Numbered from the stretch's first letter, positions 10,314 through 19,904 are shown. The stretch: DNA of 64,000 bases from an uncultured Spirochaetota bacterium (GCA_963783575.1 CAWAOD010000013.1:128001-192000), one strand, 5' to 3'. Notes: generated by a model from the letters alone, not told the origin. A program made the numbers and translations.

Positions 10314-11405
10314 TTGATCGTGAAAGAAAAATTTAAAGTTGGGGTTTTGGGAGCTACCGGGATGGTAGGTCAGAGGTTTATATCGATTCTGGAAAATCAT
10401 CCATGGTTTGATGTGACTTTAGTTGCGGCAAGTCCGCAGTCAAGTGGCAAGTCTTATATAGAAGCCATTAAGAACCGCTGGGTTATGAAGTCAGCAATAC
10501 CAAAAAAAATAGAAAATCTAACGGTACAGAACGCTTCCGATGTTGAAAAGATTACATCACAAATAGATTTTGTTTTCTGCGCGGTCGATATGTCAAAAGA
10601 AGAAATATTTATAATGGAAGAACAGTACGCAAAAGCCGAAACGCCTGTTATTTCAAATAACTCGGCCCACCGTTTTACGCCTGATGTTCCTATGATTCTG
10701 CCTGAGATAAACCCTGAGCATACCGGTGTTATTGATGCACAGAGGAAGAGGCTTGGAGTTAAGCGGGGTTTCATTACCGTAAAACCGAATTGTTCTCTTC
10801 AGAGCTATGTACCCGCCCTTCACCCATTGATAAAATTCGGCATCAAGAATGCGGCTGTCACCACTTATCAGGCAATTTCAGGAGCGGGCAAAACATTTGA
10901 AAACTGGCCCGAAATGATTGATAATGTGATACCTTTTATTAAAGGCGAAGAGGAAAAGAGTGAGAAGGAGCCGTTAAAAATATGGGGCCATATTGAAAAT
11001 GGAATTATTATTCCATCAACAGGTCCGGTTATTTCATCGCAATGTATAAGGGTTCCGGTTACTGACGGGCATCTTGCCGCTGTTTTCATTTCTTTTGAAA
11101 AAAAGCCTTCGGCTGAAGAGATAATTAATCTCTGGAAGAATTATGAAGGCAAGCCGCAGAAATTGAATCTCCCAAATGCGCCGAAGCCTTTCCTGACTTA
11201 CTTCACAGATGAAAACAGGCCTCAGACGAAACCGGACCGAAATCTCGGCAATGGGATGGGTATTGGAATAGGAAGATTAAGAGCTGATAATATTTTTGAC
11301 TATAAGTTCGTTTGCCTCTCACACAACACTATCAGGGGGGCCGCCGGAGGAGCAGTGCTAACCGCGGAACTTCTTGCCGAGGAAGGGTATATACAAAAGA
11401 AATAA
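10314..11405 (+). CDS. asd: Aspartate-semialdehyde dehydrogenase
   Basis: GATGMVGQRF, KPNCS, QAISGAG, HNTIRGAAG. Confidence 0.96.
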   Translation: MIVKEKFKVGVLGATGMVGQRFISILENHPWFDVTLVAASPQSSGKSYIEAIKNRWVMKSAIPKKIENLTVQNASDVEKITSQIDFVFCAVDMSKEEIFIMEEQYAKAETPVISNNSAHRFTPDVPMILPEINPEHTGVIDAQRKRLGVKRGFITVKPNCSLQSYVPALHPLIKFGIKNAAVTTYQAISGAGKTFENWPEMIDNVIPFIKGEEEKSEKEPLKIWGHIENGIIIPSTGPVISSQCIRVPVTDGHLAAVFISFEKKPSAEEIINLWKNYEGKPQKLNLPNAPKPFLTYFTDENRPQTKPDRNLGNGMGIGIGRLRADNIFDYKFVCLSHNTIRGAAGGAVLTAELLAEEGYIQKK

Positions 11406-11423
11406 TTAACATTAGAAAAAATA

Positions 11424-11447
11424 AAGGCTGCCTCTTCGGGCAGCCTA
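11424..11447. terminator. Hairpin terminator between convergent asd and hsp20 genes
   Basis: AGGCTGCC-tcttcg-GGCAGCCT stem with an A-tract on the left. Confidence 0.7.
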
Positions 11448-11488
11448 ATTAATTAACCTCAATGTAACAGGGTTAAGCATCATGCTTA

Positions 11489-11827
11489 TTATCCGGCTTT
11501 TACTTCGATTTTCTTTGGTTTTGCCATCTCTGATTTTTCCAGTTCGATTCTGAGAATTCCGTTTTCATACTTTGCGTTAATATTTTCGCGGTTTACTTTA
11601 TTTCCGATTGTGAATTCCCTTTTATAATCTGCAAGTGAAAATTCCGTTACTACCGGTTTCCAGTCTTTATCTGCCTCAAGGATTTTACCGCTTACGGAAA
11701 GTGTGTCAGCATTGGAATCAATCTCAATCGCGTCCTTATTAACTCCCGGCATATCCATCACCAGTATATATTTATCTGATGTTTCAAATATATCGACGGG
11801 CGGTGTCATATAAGTTCTTTCACTCAT
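11489..11827 (-). CDS. Hsp20/alpha-crystallin family protein
   Basis: PPVDIFET, DMPGV, AKYENGILRI, KPKKIEV. Confidence 0.93.
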   Translation of the reverse strand: MSERTYMTPPVDIFETSDKYILVMDMPGVNKDAIEIDSNADTLSVSGKILEADKDWKPVVTEFSLADYKREFTIGNKVNRENINAKYENGILRIELEKSEMAKPKKIEVKAG

Positions 11828-11840
11828 ACTATCCTCCTAT

Positions 11841-12263
11841 TTATTGTACTTTTATAGAAATTTTTTTCGGCTTAGCCTGTTCTTTCTTTGGAATATGTAC
11901 CATCAGCATTCCGTTTAAGAGCTTAGCCTCGATCTTATCCAGATCGGCATCGTCGGAAATCCTGTAGCTTCTGGTAAAATTAATGACGGATCTTTCATTT
12001 CTCAAAATTCTTTTATCTTTATCCGCCTTCATATCAGGAATCCTTTTAAGCGATATAGAGAGTATACCATTAGAATAATTTACCGAAATATCTTCAAGTT
12101 TTACTCCGGGAGCAAGGAACTGAAGCATATAACCGCTATTGTTCTCAAAAATGTTTGTCAATTCAGCTTCCTCATTTTTATATTCACCGGTACCGGAATT
12201 TGATAACAAGTCATCAAGTAATGATCTCATTCTTTCAAACTCATAAACAGGATTATAAATCAT
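11841..12263 (-). CDS. Hsp20/alpha-crystallin family protein
   Basis: APGV, FTRSY, AKLLNGMLMVHIPK. Confidence 0.92.
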   Translation of the reverse strand: MIYNPVYEFERMRSLLDDLLSNSGTGEYKNEEAELTNIFENNSGYMLQFLAPGVKLEDISVNYSNGILSISLKRIPDMKADKDKRILRNERSVINFTRSYRISDDADLDKIEAKLLNGMLMVHIPKKEQAKPKKISIKVQ

Positions 12264-12297
12264 ATTTTCCTCCTTTAATTTATTATTTTACTTACTT

Positions 12298-12756
12298 TCA
12301 GGAAACTTTCACGCTTATCTTTTTAGCATCGATTTCCTTGCTTTTCGGTATGGTCACGGTTAAAACACCCTTTGTATAATCAGCACCGATTTTATCCTGC
12401 CGAATATTTTCAGGTAATGTGACACTTCTTGTAAATGAACCGTAACTCCTTTCCATACGGTGATAATTCTTAGAATTTGTTTTATGTTCTTCCTGTTTTT
12501 CACCGCTGATTGTCAAAATATTCCCTTCAACTTCCACATTCAGATCCTTTTCTTCAATTCCCGGGATATCGGCTTTTACAATCACGCTGTTGTCCTTTTC
12601 GTAAACATCAACTCTCGGATTCCAGTCAGTTCTTACCAGGTCAGTTGAAAAGAAATCATCATCAAAGAACCTGTTGAAAAGGTCTGAAAAAGTCTGGCTT
12701 ACATCTCTTCTCAGGGCTGACCCTTCGGGTTCCCTTTTAATCAATTTCATAAACAA
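12298..12756 (-). CDS. Hsp20/alpha-crystallin family protein
   Basis: WNPRVDVYE, ERSYGSFTRS, KGVLTVTIPK. Confidence 0.95.
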   Translation of the reverse strand: MFMKLIKREPEGSALRRDVSQTFSDLFNRFFDDDFFSTDLVRTDWNPRVDVYEKDNSVIVKADIPGIEEKDLNVEVEGNILTISGEKQEEHKTNSKNYHRMERSYGSFTRSVTLPENIRQDKIGADYTKGVLTVTIPKSKEIDAKKISVKVS

Positions 12757-12785
12757 CCTCCTAAAATAACAATATATGAAATTTA

Positions 12786-12801
12786 TGCAAAATTTATACC
12801 A
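12786..12801 (-). promoter_or_regulatory. Sigma-54 (-24/-12) promoter of the hsp20 operon
   Basis: Minus strand TGGTAT-AAATT-TTGCA fits TGGCAC-N5-TTGC, 30 nt upstream of the first hsp20 gene. Confidence 0.75.
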
Positions 12802-12895
12802 GAAGTCAACTATTATTAATTAATTATTTTATTATTTACAGGTTAATAAATTATGAATCATAATATAACATACTATAATTACTTTATAACTAATA

Positions 12896-12920
12896 TATTT
12901 GTATCATAATGATACAAATA
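12896..12920. promoter_or_regulatory. Palindromic candidate enhancer (bEBP binding site)
   Basis: TATTTGTATCAT-A-ATGATACAAATA, about 100 bp upstream of the sigma-54 promoter; weaker copy TGAATCATAATATAACA at 12854. Confidence 0.6.
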
Positions 12921-12990
12921 AATACCATGGGTATTATTGACACATTTAGCATATATTGTATTAAAGTCTTGAATAGATACAACAAAATGT

Positions 12991-13563
12991 TTATTCCAGG
13001 AAGATAAGTAAAAAAATTAAAAGGGAAGGAAATATTTTTGGATTTTCAAGTTTCAGAAGGATATTTTTTATTTCAATACCGCAGCCGAATCCGCCTATAA
13101 ATTTCTGTTTATCATGCACGGTAAAAAACTTTTTATAAACAATCCTGTGGCATGGAATTATAATAGGAAACGGATTTCTGGAAAGGGCCAAGGCAACAGC
13201 CCGCCTGTAATTATACCCTCCCGACATCAGAGCGAGTTCCTCATACGAAATGACTTTACCGTAAGGAACTTTTAACAATGCTTCAAAAACCCTTTTTTGA
13301 AAGATTGATAATCTACCCATATTGAGGGGCAGAATTTCTTTTCCGAAAGAGTTCAATCCGGTCGGTTTATTGCCCGATAAATAATCGTTGAACCAGTCTA
13401 AAATGACTTTATTCATTCCGTATGATTTTTCTGGGACTTTTACATCGGTGTTCCAATCTCCTTCAAACCTCTGCGATAATTTTATTTCATCTATTTTTTC
13501 ATTACGGAGGATTATATTGACTGACAAAAGTCCTTTAGATATAGTCAATTCTGGACCACTCAT
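12991..13563 (-). CDS. ogt: Methylated-DNA-[protein]-cysteine S-methyltransferase
   Basis: VPYGKVISY, RAV, NPFPIIIPCHR active site. Confidence 0.92.
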   Translation of the reverse strand: MSGPELTISKGLLSVNIILRNEKIDEIKLSQRFEGDWNTDVKVPEKSYGMNKVILDWFNDYLSGNKPTGLNSFGKEILPLNMGRLSIFQKRVFEALLKVPYGKVISYEELALMSGGYNYRRAVALALSRNPFPIIIPCHRIVYKKFFTVHDKQKFIGGFGCGIEIKNILLKLENPKIFPSLLIFLLIFLE

Positions 13564-13703
13564 ATAATTTCTCCGATATTATTTCAGTCTTTAAGAAACC
13601 CAATTGATTCCCTAATAGTTGATGCATATTATAATTCCACAATAGATTATAGTCAAAATTAGATAAGCTCCACCCTCCCTCTTCAGAACAAGGGGGCATG
13701 CCC

Positions 13704-15054
13704 CATAAGCGCTAACTTGATTCTTGATATTTTTACAAATCATAGCTATAATATTTATATGGAGGCGGCTATGATTAATGAAGATTGGAATATTTTAGTT
13801 TCAATGTTTCCAATAGGTTGGCGTGAAAAGGCAAAGGAAACGGGTGCATTAAGGGGATTGCGTAAGTGCAAATCTGAGGAGGACTTGCTCAGAACCCTTT
13901 TGATTCATCTGGCTGGCGGGTTTTCTCTAAGAGAAACAGTAGTAAGGGCTCGTGAAGCCAATTTAGCAGATTTATCTGATGTTGCCTTGCTGAAGCGATT
14001 AAGAAAGAGTTCGGATTGGTTGGCGTCATTATGTGAAGGTTTATTTGAGGAGCGAGGTGTGAAACTGGAAAATAAAGATGGATTTGAAGTTCGCCTTCTT
14101 GATGCTACTGTAGTTAAAGAACCTGGAAGGACGGGAAGTTTATGGAAGGTTCATTACAGTCTTAGACTACCTACATTCAAGTGTGACTACTTTCGCGTAA
14201 CTCAAATGAACGGTATAGGGACGGGTGAGTCGTTTAAACAATTTGATTTGAAACCGGGTGATTATATTATAGGTGATCGAGGTTATGGTCAGGCTCCGGG
14301 AATAAAGTTTGCCGTTGAGCAGAAAGCTTCTCTATTGGTCCGCATCAGCCCTCATCATGTTGTAGTTAGCGATTCATCCGGTAAGCCATTTAATTGGCTG
14401 GATAGATTATCAGAAGTTTCGAAATCGGGACAAGCATGTTCATGGAATGTTCATTTACAATGCCCTGATAAAACCACTGTTTCCGGTAGAGTTTGTGTTA
14501 TAAGAAAATCTGAACAAGCTATTCTTAAGGCTCACAAACGTATTAAAAAGCATGCTATAAAAAAGAGTCAGAAGTTAAAACCGGAGACACTAATATATGC
14601 GGAGTTTGTGATTGTATTCACAACTTTTGAAGAGTCAAGTTTTCCGCCGGCAGAAATACTGCGATGGTATAGATTACGATGGCAGGTTGAATTAGTATTT
14701 AAACGTTTTAAGCAACTTGCGGAACTTGGGCATTTGCCTAAATATACAGATGAAAGTTCCAAGGCTTGGCTGTATGGCAAATTGTTTGTGGCCCTGTTAA
14801 ACGAAAAACTTATCTGGCAAGCCCAGACTTTTTCCCCCTGGGGTTATGATATTATTAATCAGGGCAGGGATAGTAAGCCGTTGGCGTGAATTTGCATTTA
14901 TGCTTCATGAAATGCAGAGAGTAATTATTCCATGCCTTTCGCTTACCGGTATTTTTATAAATTGGATAAGAATTTCCAGAGGACTTATTAATAAAAAGAG
15001 AAGAAGAAAAATGCAAATTGTGGAATATTTTTCCTTAACAAGTTAGCGCTTATG
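13704..15054 (+). mobile_element. IS4-family insertion sequence
   Basis: 16-bp perfect TIRs CATAAGCGCTAACTTG / CAAGTTAGCGCTTATG; 11-bp target duplication GGGGCATGCCC at 13693-13703 and 15055-15065. Confidence 0.92.
13717..14889 (+). CDS. IS4-family DDE transposase
   Basis: LLDAT, GDRGY, YRLRWQVELVFKRFK (YREK motif); the true start is probably 13759 or 13771. Confidence 0.92.
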   Translation: MILDIFTNHSYNIYMEAAMINEDWNILVSMFPIGWREKAKETGALRGLRKCKSEEDLLRTLLIHLAGGFSLRETVVRAREANLADLSDVALLKRLRKSSDWLASLCEGLFEERGVKLENKDGFEVRLLDATVVKEPGRTGSLWKVHYSLRLPTFKCDYFRVTQMNGIGTGESFKQFDLKPGDYIIGDRGYGQAPGIKFAVEQKASLLVRISPHHVVVSDSSGKPFNWLDRLSEVSKSGQACSWNVHLQCPDKTTVSGRVCVIRKSEQAILKAHKRIKKHAIKKSQKLKPETLIYAEFVIVFTTFEESSFPPAEILRWYRLRWQVELVFKRFKQLAELGHLPKYTDESSKAWLYGKLFVALLNEKLIWQAQTFSPWGYDIINQGRDSKPLA

Positions 15055-15160
15055 GGGGCATGCCCCCTTGTTCTGAAGAGAATGTCCATCATAGTTTCTT
15101 TATAATAACTTGACTTTTACCCTGACTGAATTTAGAATTTTTATCCTTGGTAAAAGAAAT

Positions 15161-15236
15161 CGGGGTGTAGCGCAGTTTGGTTTAGCGCACTACCTTGGGG
15201 TGGTAGGGGCCGTCAGTTCGAATCTGACCACCCCGA
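15161..15236 (+). tRNA. tRNA-Pro(GGG)
   Basis: Cloverleaf CGGGGTG...CACCCCG-A; anticodon arm CTACC-ttGGGgt-GGTAG; TTCGAAT T-loop. Confidence 0.95.
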
Positions 15237-15241
15237 ATGAT

Positions 15242-15271
15242 AAAAAAGGACACGGAAAGCCGTGTCCTTTT
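15242..15271 (+). terminator. Bidirectional intrinsic terminator after tRNA-Pro
   Basis: AAAAAGGACACGG-aaag-CCGTGTCCTTTTT. Confidence 0.85.
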
Positions 15272-15322
15272 TACATAGAGTAATTCATCTAATTTTACTA
15301 CGCCTAAAAGGTTGGTTTTATT

Positions 15323-16210
15323 ATGATAAAAGAAATTTCAATAATAACTACTGAAATTAAAGAGCTGAAAAAATTATTCAGCGGTAAAGTCCGTGATATT
15401 TATGAGATTTCAAATGATAAGTGGCTTATTGTGACAACGGACAGGATATCCGCTTTTGATGTCGTATTCAGGGAAGGAATCCCCGGCAAAGGTATAATCC
15501 TTAACAGGATTTCTAATTTCTGGTTTTCCAGGATCAATTTTATTGAAAATCATATAATTTCAACAACACCGGAAAAAGAACTTCCATTTCTCACCGGTTA
15601 CGAAGGCATTCCGGAACGTTCTGTTATCGTACGGAAAGTAAATCGCCTTCCTATAGAATGCGTGGTTAGAGGTTATTTATTCGGCAGTGTTTATGATGAA
15701 TACCGAATCAAGGGCACAGCCGGAGGCATAAAGCTGCCTTTGGGTTTATCATTGGCGGAAATTCTTCCTCAACCTATTTTCACACCGTCTACGAAAGCGG
15801 AAACCGGGCATGATGAAAATATTGGAAATGAAGAATTTATAAAGACAGCCGGTAAAAAATATGGAAGCAGAATCAAACAGTTTGCTTTAGAAATTTACAA
15901 AACTGCCTGTAAGTTAATGGAAGAAAAAGGAATCATACTTTCGGATACAAAATTCGAGTTTGGGATTGATAATAACAACAAGCTGATTCTTGTAGACGAA
16001 GTTCTTACACCCGATTCCTCACGATATTGGGTGAAGGAAGGCTATAAAACCGGGGAAAGCCCGAAAAGCTACGATAAACAATTTTTGAGGGATTATTTAA
16101 ATACGGTCATCTGGGATAAAAAACCCCCGGCGCCGGTATTGCCCGATGAAATAATAGAAAAGACTAAAGAAAAATACAGGCAGATTCTTGAAATTATTAC
16201 CTCTTTATGA
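15323..16210 (+). CDS. purC: SAICAR synthase
   Basis: GKVRDIY, TDRISAFD, ECVVRGY, DTKFEFG, DEVLTPDSSR. Confidence 0.97.
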   Translation: MIKEISIITTEIKELKKLFSGKVRDIYEISNDKWLIVTTDRISAFDVVFREGIPGKGIILNRISNFWFSRINFIENHIISTTPEKELPFLTGYEGIPERSVIVRKVNRLPIECVVRGYLFGSVYDEYRIKGTAGGIKLPLGLSLAEILPQPIFTPSTKAETGHDENIGNEEFIKTAGKKYGSRIKQFALEIYKTACKLMEEKGIILSDTKFEFGIDNNNKLILVDEVLTPDSSRYWVKEGYKTGESPKSYDKQFLRDYLNTVIWDKKPPAPVLPDEIIEKTKEKYRQILEIITSL

Positions 16211-16217
16211 CTAATTT

Positions 16218-16710
16218 ATATATAAGTTAATCCGGTCTTTTTAATTTTTGGTTCATCCGACTAAAGCGTACTTCGAATAAACTATCCCCGTAGCAAGCTG
16301 CGGGGTATTATGAATGCAGAATAGCGGGAAGCCAACTTGATAGGTAGCGCAGTAAACTGCGGGGAATCATACCCGGGTCAAGCGGCGCTTGTTGAAAAGA
16401 AACAATTCACAGGAAGACTAGAAGCGATGCCCTGAGTATATCGAAGGGTCGGGAAGCAAGTCCTGAGCTTGTCGAAGGATTAAGTATTGGAATGGGGAGA
16501 TCCCAATCCAAACAGATGGGGATGTAACCATTATTTACACGAATGGATTCGATAGGTTCACCACTGGTTTTTACTAATTCTTGTTAATTAGTGCAATTCG
16601 TGGCAAAGATTCTTCGTGGCTTCTTGCCTTCCTGTGAAAAACATATAAACACCCACTTAAATATTCGCTTAGAAGTGACCATATATAAGTTAATCCGTTC
16701 TTTTTAATTT
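16218..16710. repeat. Mosaic repeat cluster flanked by a 30-bp direct repeat
   Basis: ATATATAAGTTAATCCG(G/T)TCTTTTTAATTT at 16218-16247 and 16681-16710; the interior holds CCCCGTAGCAAGCTGCGGGG, CCTGAGCTTGTCGAAGG and a TTCACAGGAAG...CTTCCTGTGAA pair. Confidence 0.8.
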
Positions 16711-16740
16711 AAATGCCGATTTTAACAGGAGAATTATTAA

Positions 16741-17328
16741 ATGGAAACAAGGGAAGAAATAACATCAGCTGAGTTGAAAGATCACCACCCGATCTTTTTA
16801 AAGTTCGCGCCGGCATGGAAAAGGGTGTTGGCTTATATAATCGATATTGTAGTACTTGAAGTCATTGTTAGTATAATGTTCACAGTCACATTTTACAGGG
16901 ATTTATCTCAAATAATAACTCAGAACGATTTTAACCTTCAATATAAATTAATACTCGCTTTCTGGAATAACCACAGTTTTCAAAAACTTATAGTCGATTA
17001 TATACTTCAGGCGGCATATTTCAGCCTGCAATGGACCGGAAGCAGTCGAACCCTTGGGGCAAGACTGCTTAAAATCGCAGTAATTACAATGGACAAAAAA
17101 AAGCTCACCCTGATTCAGGGCATTGTCAGGTATTCCATTCTGTCTTTATCTTCAGTGGCTTTTTATATACCGCAGATTTTTGTTATCAATTCAACTTACC
17201 ATCAGCGTATACATGATATATTGACAAATACGGTAGTTGTCGAAGTGCCTGAGATGCCTGATAAGAATGAACCCGAACATGACTCCGGAGAAACTGTAAA
17301 TGATAAGACCAACGATGAAAATGTTTAA
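16741..17328 (+). CDS. RDD family membrane protein
   Basis: APAWKRVLAYIID, TLGARLLKI, HQRIHDILTNTVVV. Confidence 0.9.
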   Translation: METREEITSAELKDHHPIFLKFAPAWKRVLAYIIDIVVLEVIVSIMFTVTFYRDLSQIITQNDFNLQYKLILAFWNNHSFQKLIVDYILQAAYFSLQWTGSSRTLGARLLKIAVITMDKKKLTLIQGIVRYSILSLSSVAFYIPQIFVINSTYHQRIHDILTNTVVVEVPEMPDKNEPEHDSGETVNDKTNDENV

Positions 17329-17703
17329 CAAGCGTGTCGCTTGATCCGGTTTATGCTGCGATGTTTATTTATATTTATTCCATAAAATATTAACATTCAC
17401 ATAGTATAGTAAAAATATTTGCTAAAAATAAATCTTGAATTTATACTATCTTAGTTTTTATGGCTAATTCAAATAATAATGATGGATAAGGGATTGTTAA
17501 TAAGACAATTATACAAGCTTGCCGGCTTCTTGAAATACTTTTTTTTGAAAATTATTGAAGATTGCTTTAAACCGGAGTATATTTATTAAAACAAATTAAG
17601 AGGTTTGTTCTGGTTGCAGTTGTTCCGGTTTATGTTTTTCAGAAAAACTTGACAGGATTATTTATAAAGTGATAAAATATACCGATTAAGGGGAAATTAA
17701 ATC

Positions 17704-18249
17704 ATGTTAAAAAATCGAGTTTTGCCGGGTGCTATGTTGATTGCGTTATCTTTGTTTTTATCGGGATGCTTTTTAAATTTCGGTATGCAGTTCAATCTGA
17801 AACCCGACGATTTAAGGCATTACAAGATAAAAGGTGCGCTTGTTTATGGCTGTGTCGAAACATTAAAAGATATGCCGTCCGGTTCTACGGTTATGCTGAT
17901 GTTTAAGAATGCTCCGGACTTTAATGTCTATATTCATAACCCGCAGGAATATTTTTTAATCGATGTCCCATTGAAATGTAAAGGCATAGCCAGGATCGGG
18001 TTAAGGTATGATAACCAGGGAACAATGCAGGAAAACTGGTATTATAATGACATACTGTTTACGGTCCAGAGCAATAAAATTAATTACCTGGGCAGCATTA
18101 TTATTACTAATGTCGATATTACCCAGAACCGCCTGGATAAAATCGAGTTTTCGCTTACAAATTATATGGAAGAGGATAAACAGGACTTTTATTCCAATTA
18201 CACAAGGCTGGCCGGGTATGAATTTTATCCGGTAGATATTAAATACTGA
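17704..18249 (+). CDS. Putative lipoprotein
   Basis: Signal peptide ending in the lipobox LSGC; upstream TTGACA at 17649. Confidence 0.75.
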   Translation: MLKNRVLPGAMLIALSLFLSGCFLNFGMQFNLKPDDLRHYKIKGALVYGCVETLKDMPSGSTVMLMFKNAPDFNVYIHNPQEYFLIDVPLKCKGIARIGLRYDNQGTMQENWYYNDILFTVQSNKINYLGSIIITNVDITQNRLDKIEFSLTNYMEEDKQDFYSNYTRLAGYEFYPVDIKY

Positions 18250-18414
18250 CTTTATAAGTATCTACCCGGTTTTTTTCCGCTGAAAAGAATGCCGGATTGG
18301 AAATATTTTTAATGTTTATGTTTAGATTATGTTTTCACAGGCCGAAAATACCGTAGAGTTTTTTAATGTTTGGCTGATTTTTGCTTAAATATTATGAGAG
18401 AAATGAAATTTCTC

Positions 18415-18443
18415 TTGACATTTAGGGAAATTCAAGGTATATT
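18415..18443 (+). promoter_or_regulatory. Sigma-70 promoter
   Basis: TTGACA-17 nt-TATATT, followed by an AAGGAGG RBS. Confidence 0.75.
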
Positions 18444-18479
18444 AAATGAAAAAAAAAATCTATTAAGGAGGATTTTCTG

Positions 18480-19904
18480 ATGAAGAAAATTTTAGTAGTT
18501 CTAGCTCTGCTTTTCGTAAGTGGTTTGGCGTTTTCGGTAACGGGTGATGTCCATGCTAGGCTTGATGCTAATGGAACCATTCACCAGACAGAATGGGGAA
18601 CGCTGGATGATATTTCGATGGCCGGCAGAAGTGAAACCGGTTTTGACATCAATTTTGACAGCTTTGGTTTTCATTACCTTTTAAGAAGCGATTTAGCTGT
18701 TCCCGCCTCTCTTGGCGCTGCTTATGGCGCGGCTGGGGTTGGTTCTCTTTCAGCAAGTTCACCGGGTTATTTTGAGGTTACCGGTATAAAGCTTGGCAGT
18801 ATGGCTCTTGCTGTTGGTGCTTCTTTCTGGCATTTTGATGAAACAAAGTCTGCATTCGCAACTAACGCTTTAGGCGCAACTAATGCCAATGCTGTAGGGA
18901 ATATCGCTTTCAACCATTTTGCTGTCAATGCTTATTACAGCATTCCCCTCAGCGACACAATGAAGCTTCAGACACTCGGCTGGGACCAGATTCAGATTGA
19001 TCTCGGCATGGGTTCTTCTTCACAAACTGGTATCGCTACAAATAGTGCTACTCATTCTATGTTCAATCTATATTTTCCTATCTATCTTGAAATGACTTTC
19101 GATAAGCTCAGCCTAGAGATTTATCCGAAACTCATCTATGGTAATTCTTTGGATTCAGACATGGAGAGTGCCGGAACAACAAATGCTACAGCGACATTGA
19201 ATTTGTATACAGGTGCTTTGGTTAGAGTAGGGTATCCCTTGAACGACCAGTGGAGTATTTATGCTCACGTTGGTGTTTTCGCTTTAAGTTCTGGATCAGC
19301 TACAATAGCTCAAACCGGCGCTACAGCTACTACCAACGCATCCGGGACTGCTGGCGTGCACGTTCCTATTTTCGCTGGTTTTGCATTCAAACCGGCAGGC
19401 TGGTCAACATGGAATCTGGGAATCGGCTATGTTGTTAAAAATGATGCAACTGCTACGATTGTTACCTCCGGATCAACAGCTACTACTAACATAGTAACAT
19501 CCGGCGGCGGTCTTGAAAATATTTACCATGAAAACAACGACCAGGAACATGCTTATGCTGAGCCTTTCCTGAATTGGGGCGGCAGCGCGAAATTCGCTTC
19601 CGACTGGACACTTGCTTTCACAGGTATAATGCTTCTGAACTCTTCACAGGGTTTTGCTGACAGTCCGTTTTATACCAGCAGTTCAGCAACTGGCACATCA
19701 GGCGTCAATAATACATCTTCCAGCCAGTTAGTACACTTTACCCAGATATGGGATTGGGATGGCGGCGGAGCAGGCGGTGGCGCTTGTTACATACAGTATG
19801 CTAAAGACGCTGTTAGTTTGAAATTCGTAATGGGTGGAAACGGTACTGGCGGAAGTTCCATTATGGGAATGTTCGGATTCGTAGATATGTCAATCAATTT
19901 CTAA
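18480..19904 (+). CDS. Putative major outer-membrane or surface beta-barrel protein
   Basis: Signal peptide MKKILVVLALLFVSGLAFS, alternating aromatic strands, A/T/S/G-rich loops, terminal Phe; own promoter and terminator. Confidence 0.7.
   Translation: MKKILVVLALLFVSGLAFSVTGDVHARLDANGTIHQTEWGTLDDISMAGRSETGFDINFDSFGFHYLLRSDLAVPASLGAAYGAAGVGSLSASSPGYFEVTGIKLGSMALAVGASFWHFDETKSAFATNALGATNANAVGNIAFNHFAVNAYYSIPLSDTMKLQTLGWDQIQIDLGMGSSSQTGIATNSATHSMFNLYFPIYLEMTFDKLSLEIYPKLIYGNSLDSDMESAGTTNATATLNLYTGALVRVGYPLNDQWSIYAHVGVFALSSGSATIAQTGATATTNASGTAGVHVPIFAGFAFKPAGWSTWNLGIGYVVKNDATATIVTSGSTATTNIVTSGGGLENIYHENNDQEHAYAEPFLNWGGSAKFASDWTLAFTGIMLLNSSQGFADSPFYTSSSATGTSGVNNTSSSQLVHFTQIWDWDGGGAGGGACYIQYAKDAVSLKFVMGGNGTGGSSIMGMFGFVDMSINF

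Noticed and set aside
13679..15080. About 40-bp terminal inverted repeats for the IS4 element
   Set aside because: The outer part is better explained as a palindromic target plus an 11-bp duplication; the true TIR is 16 bp
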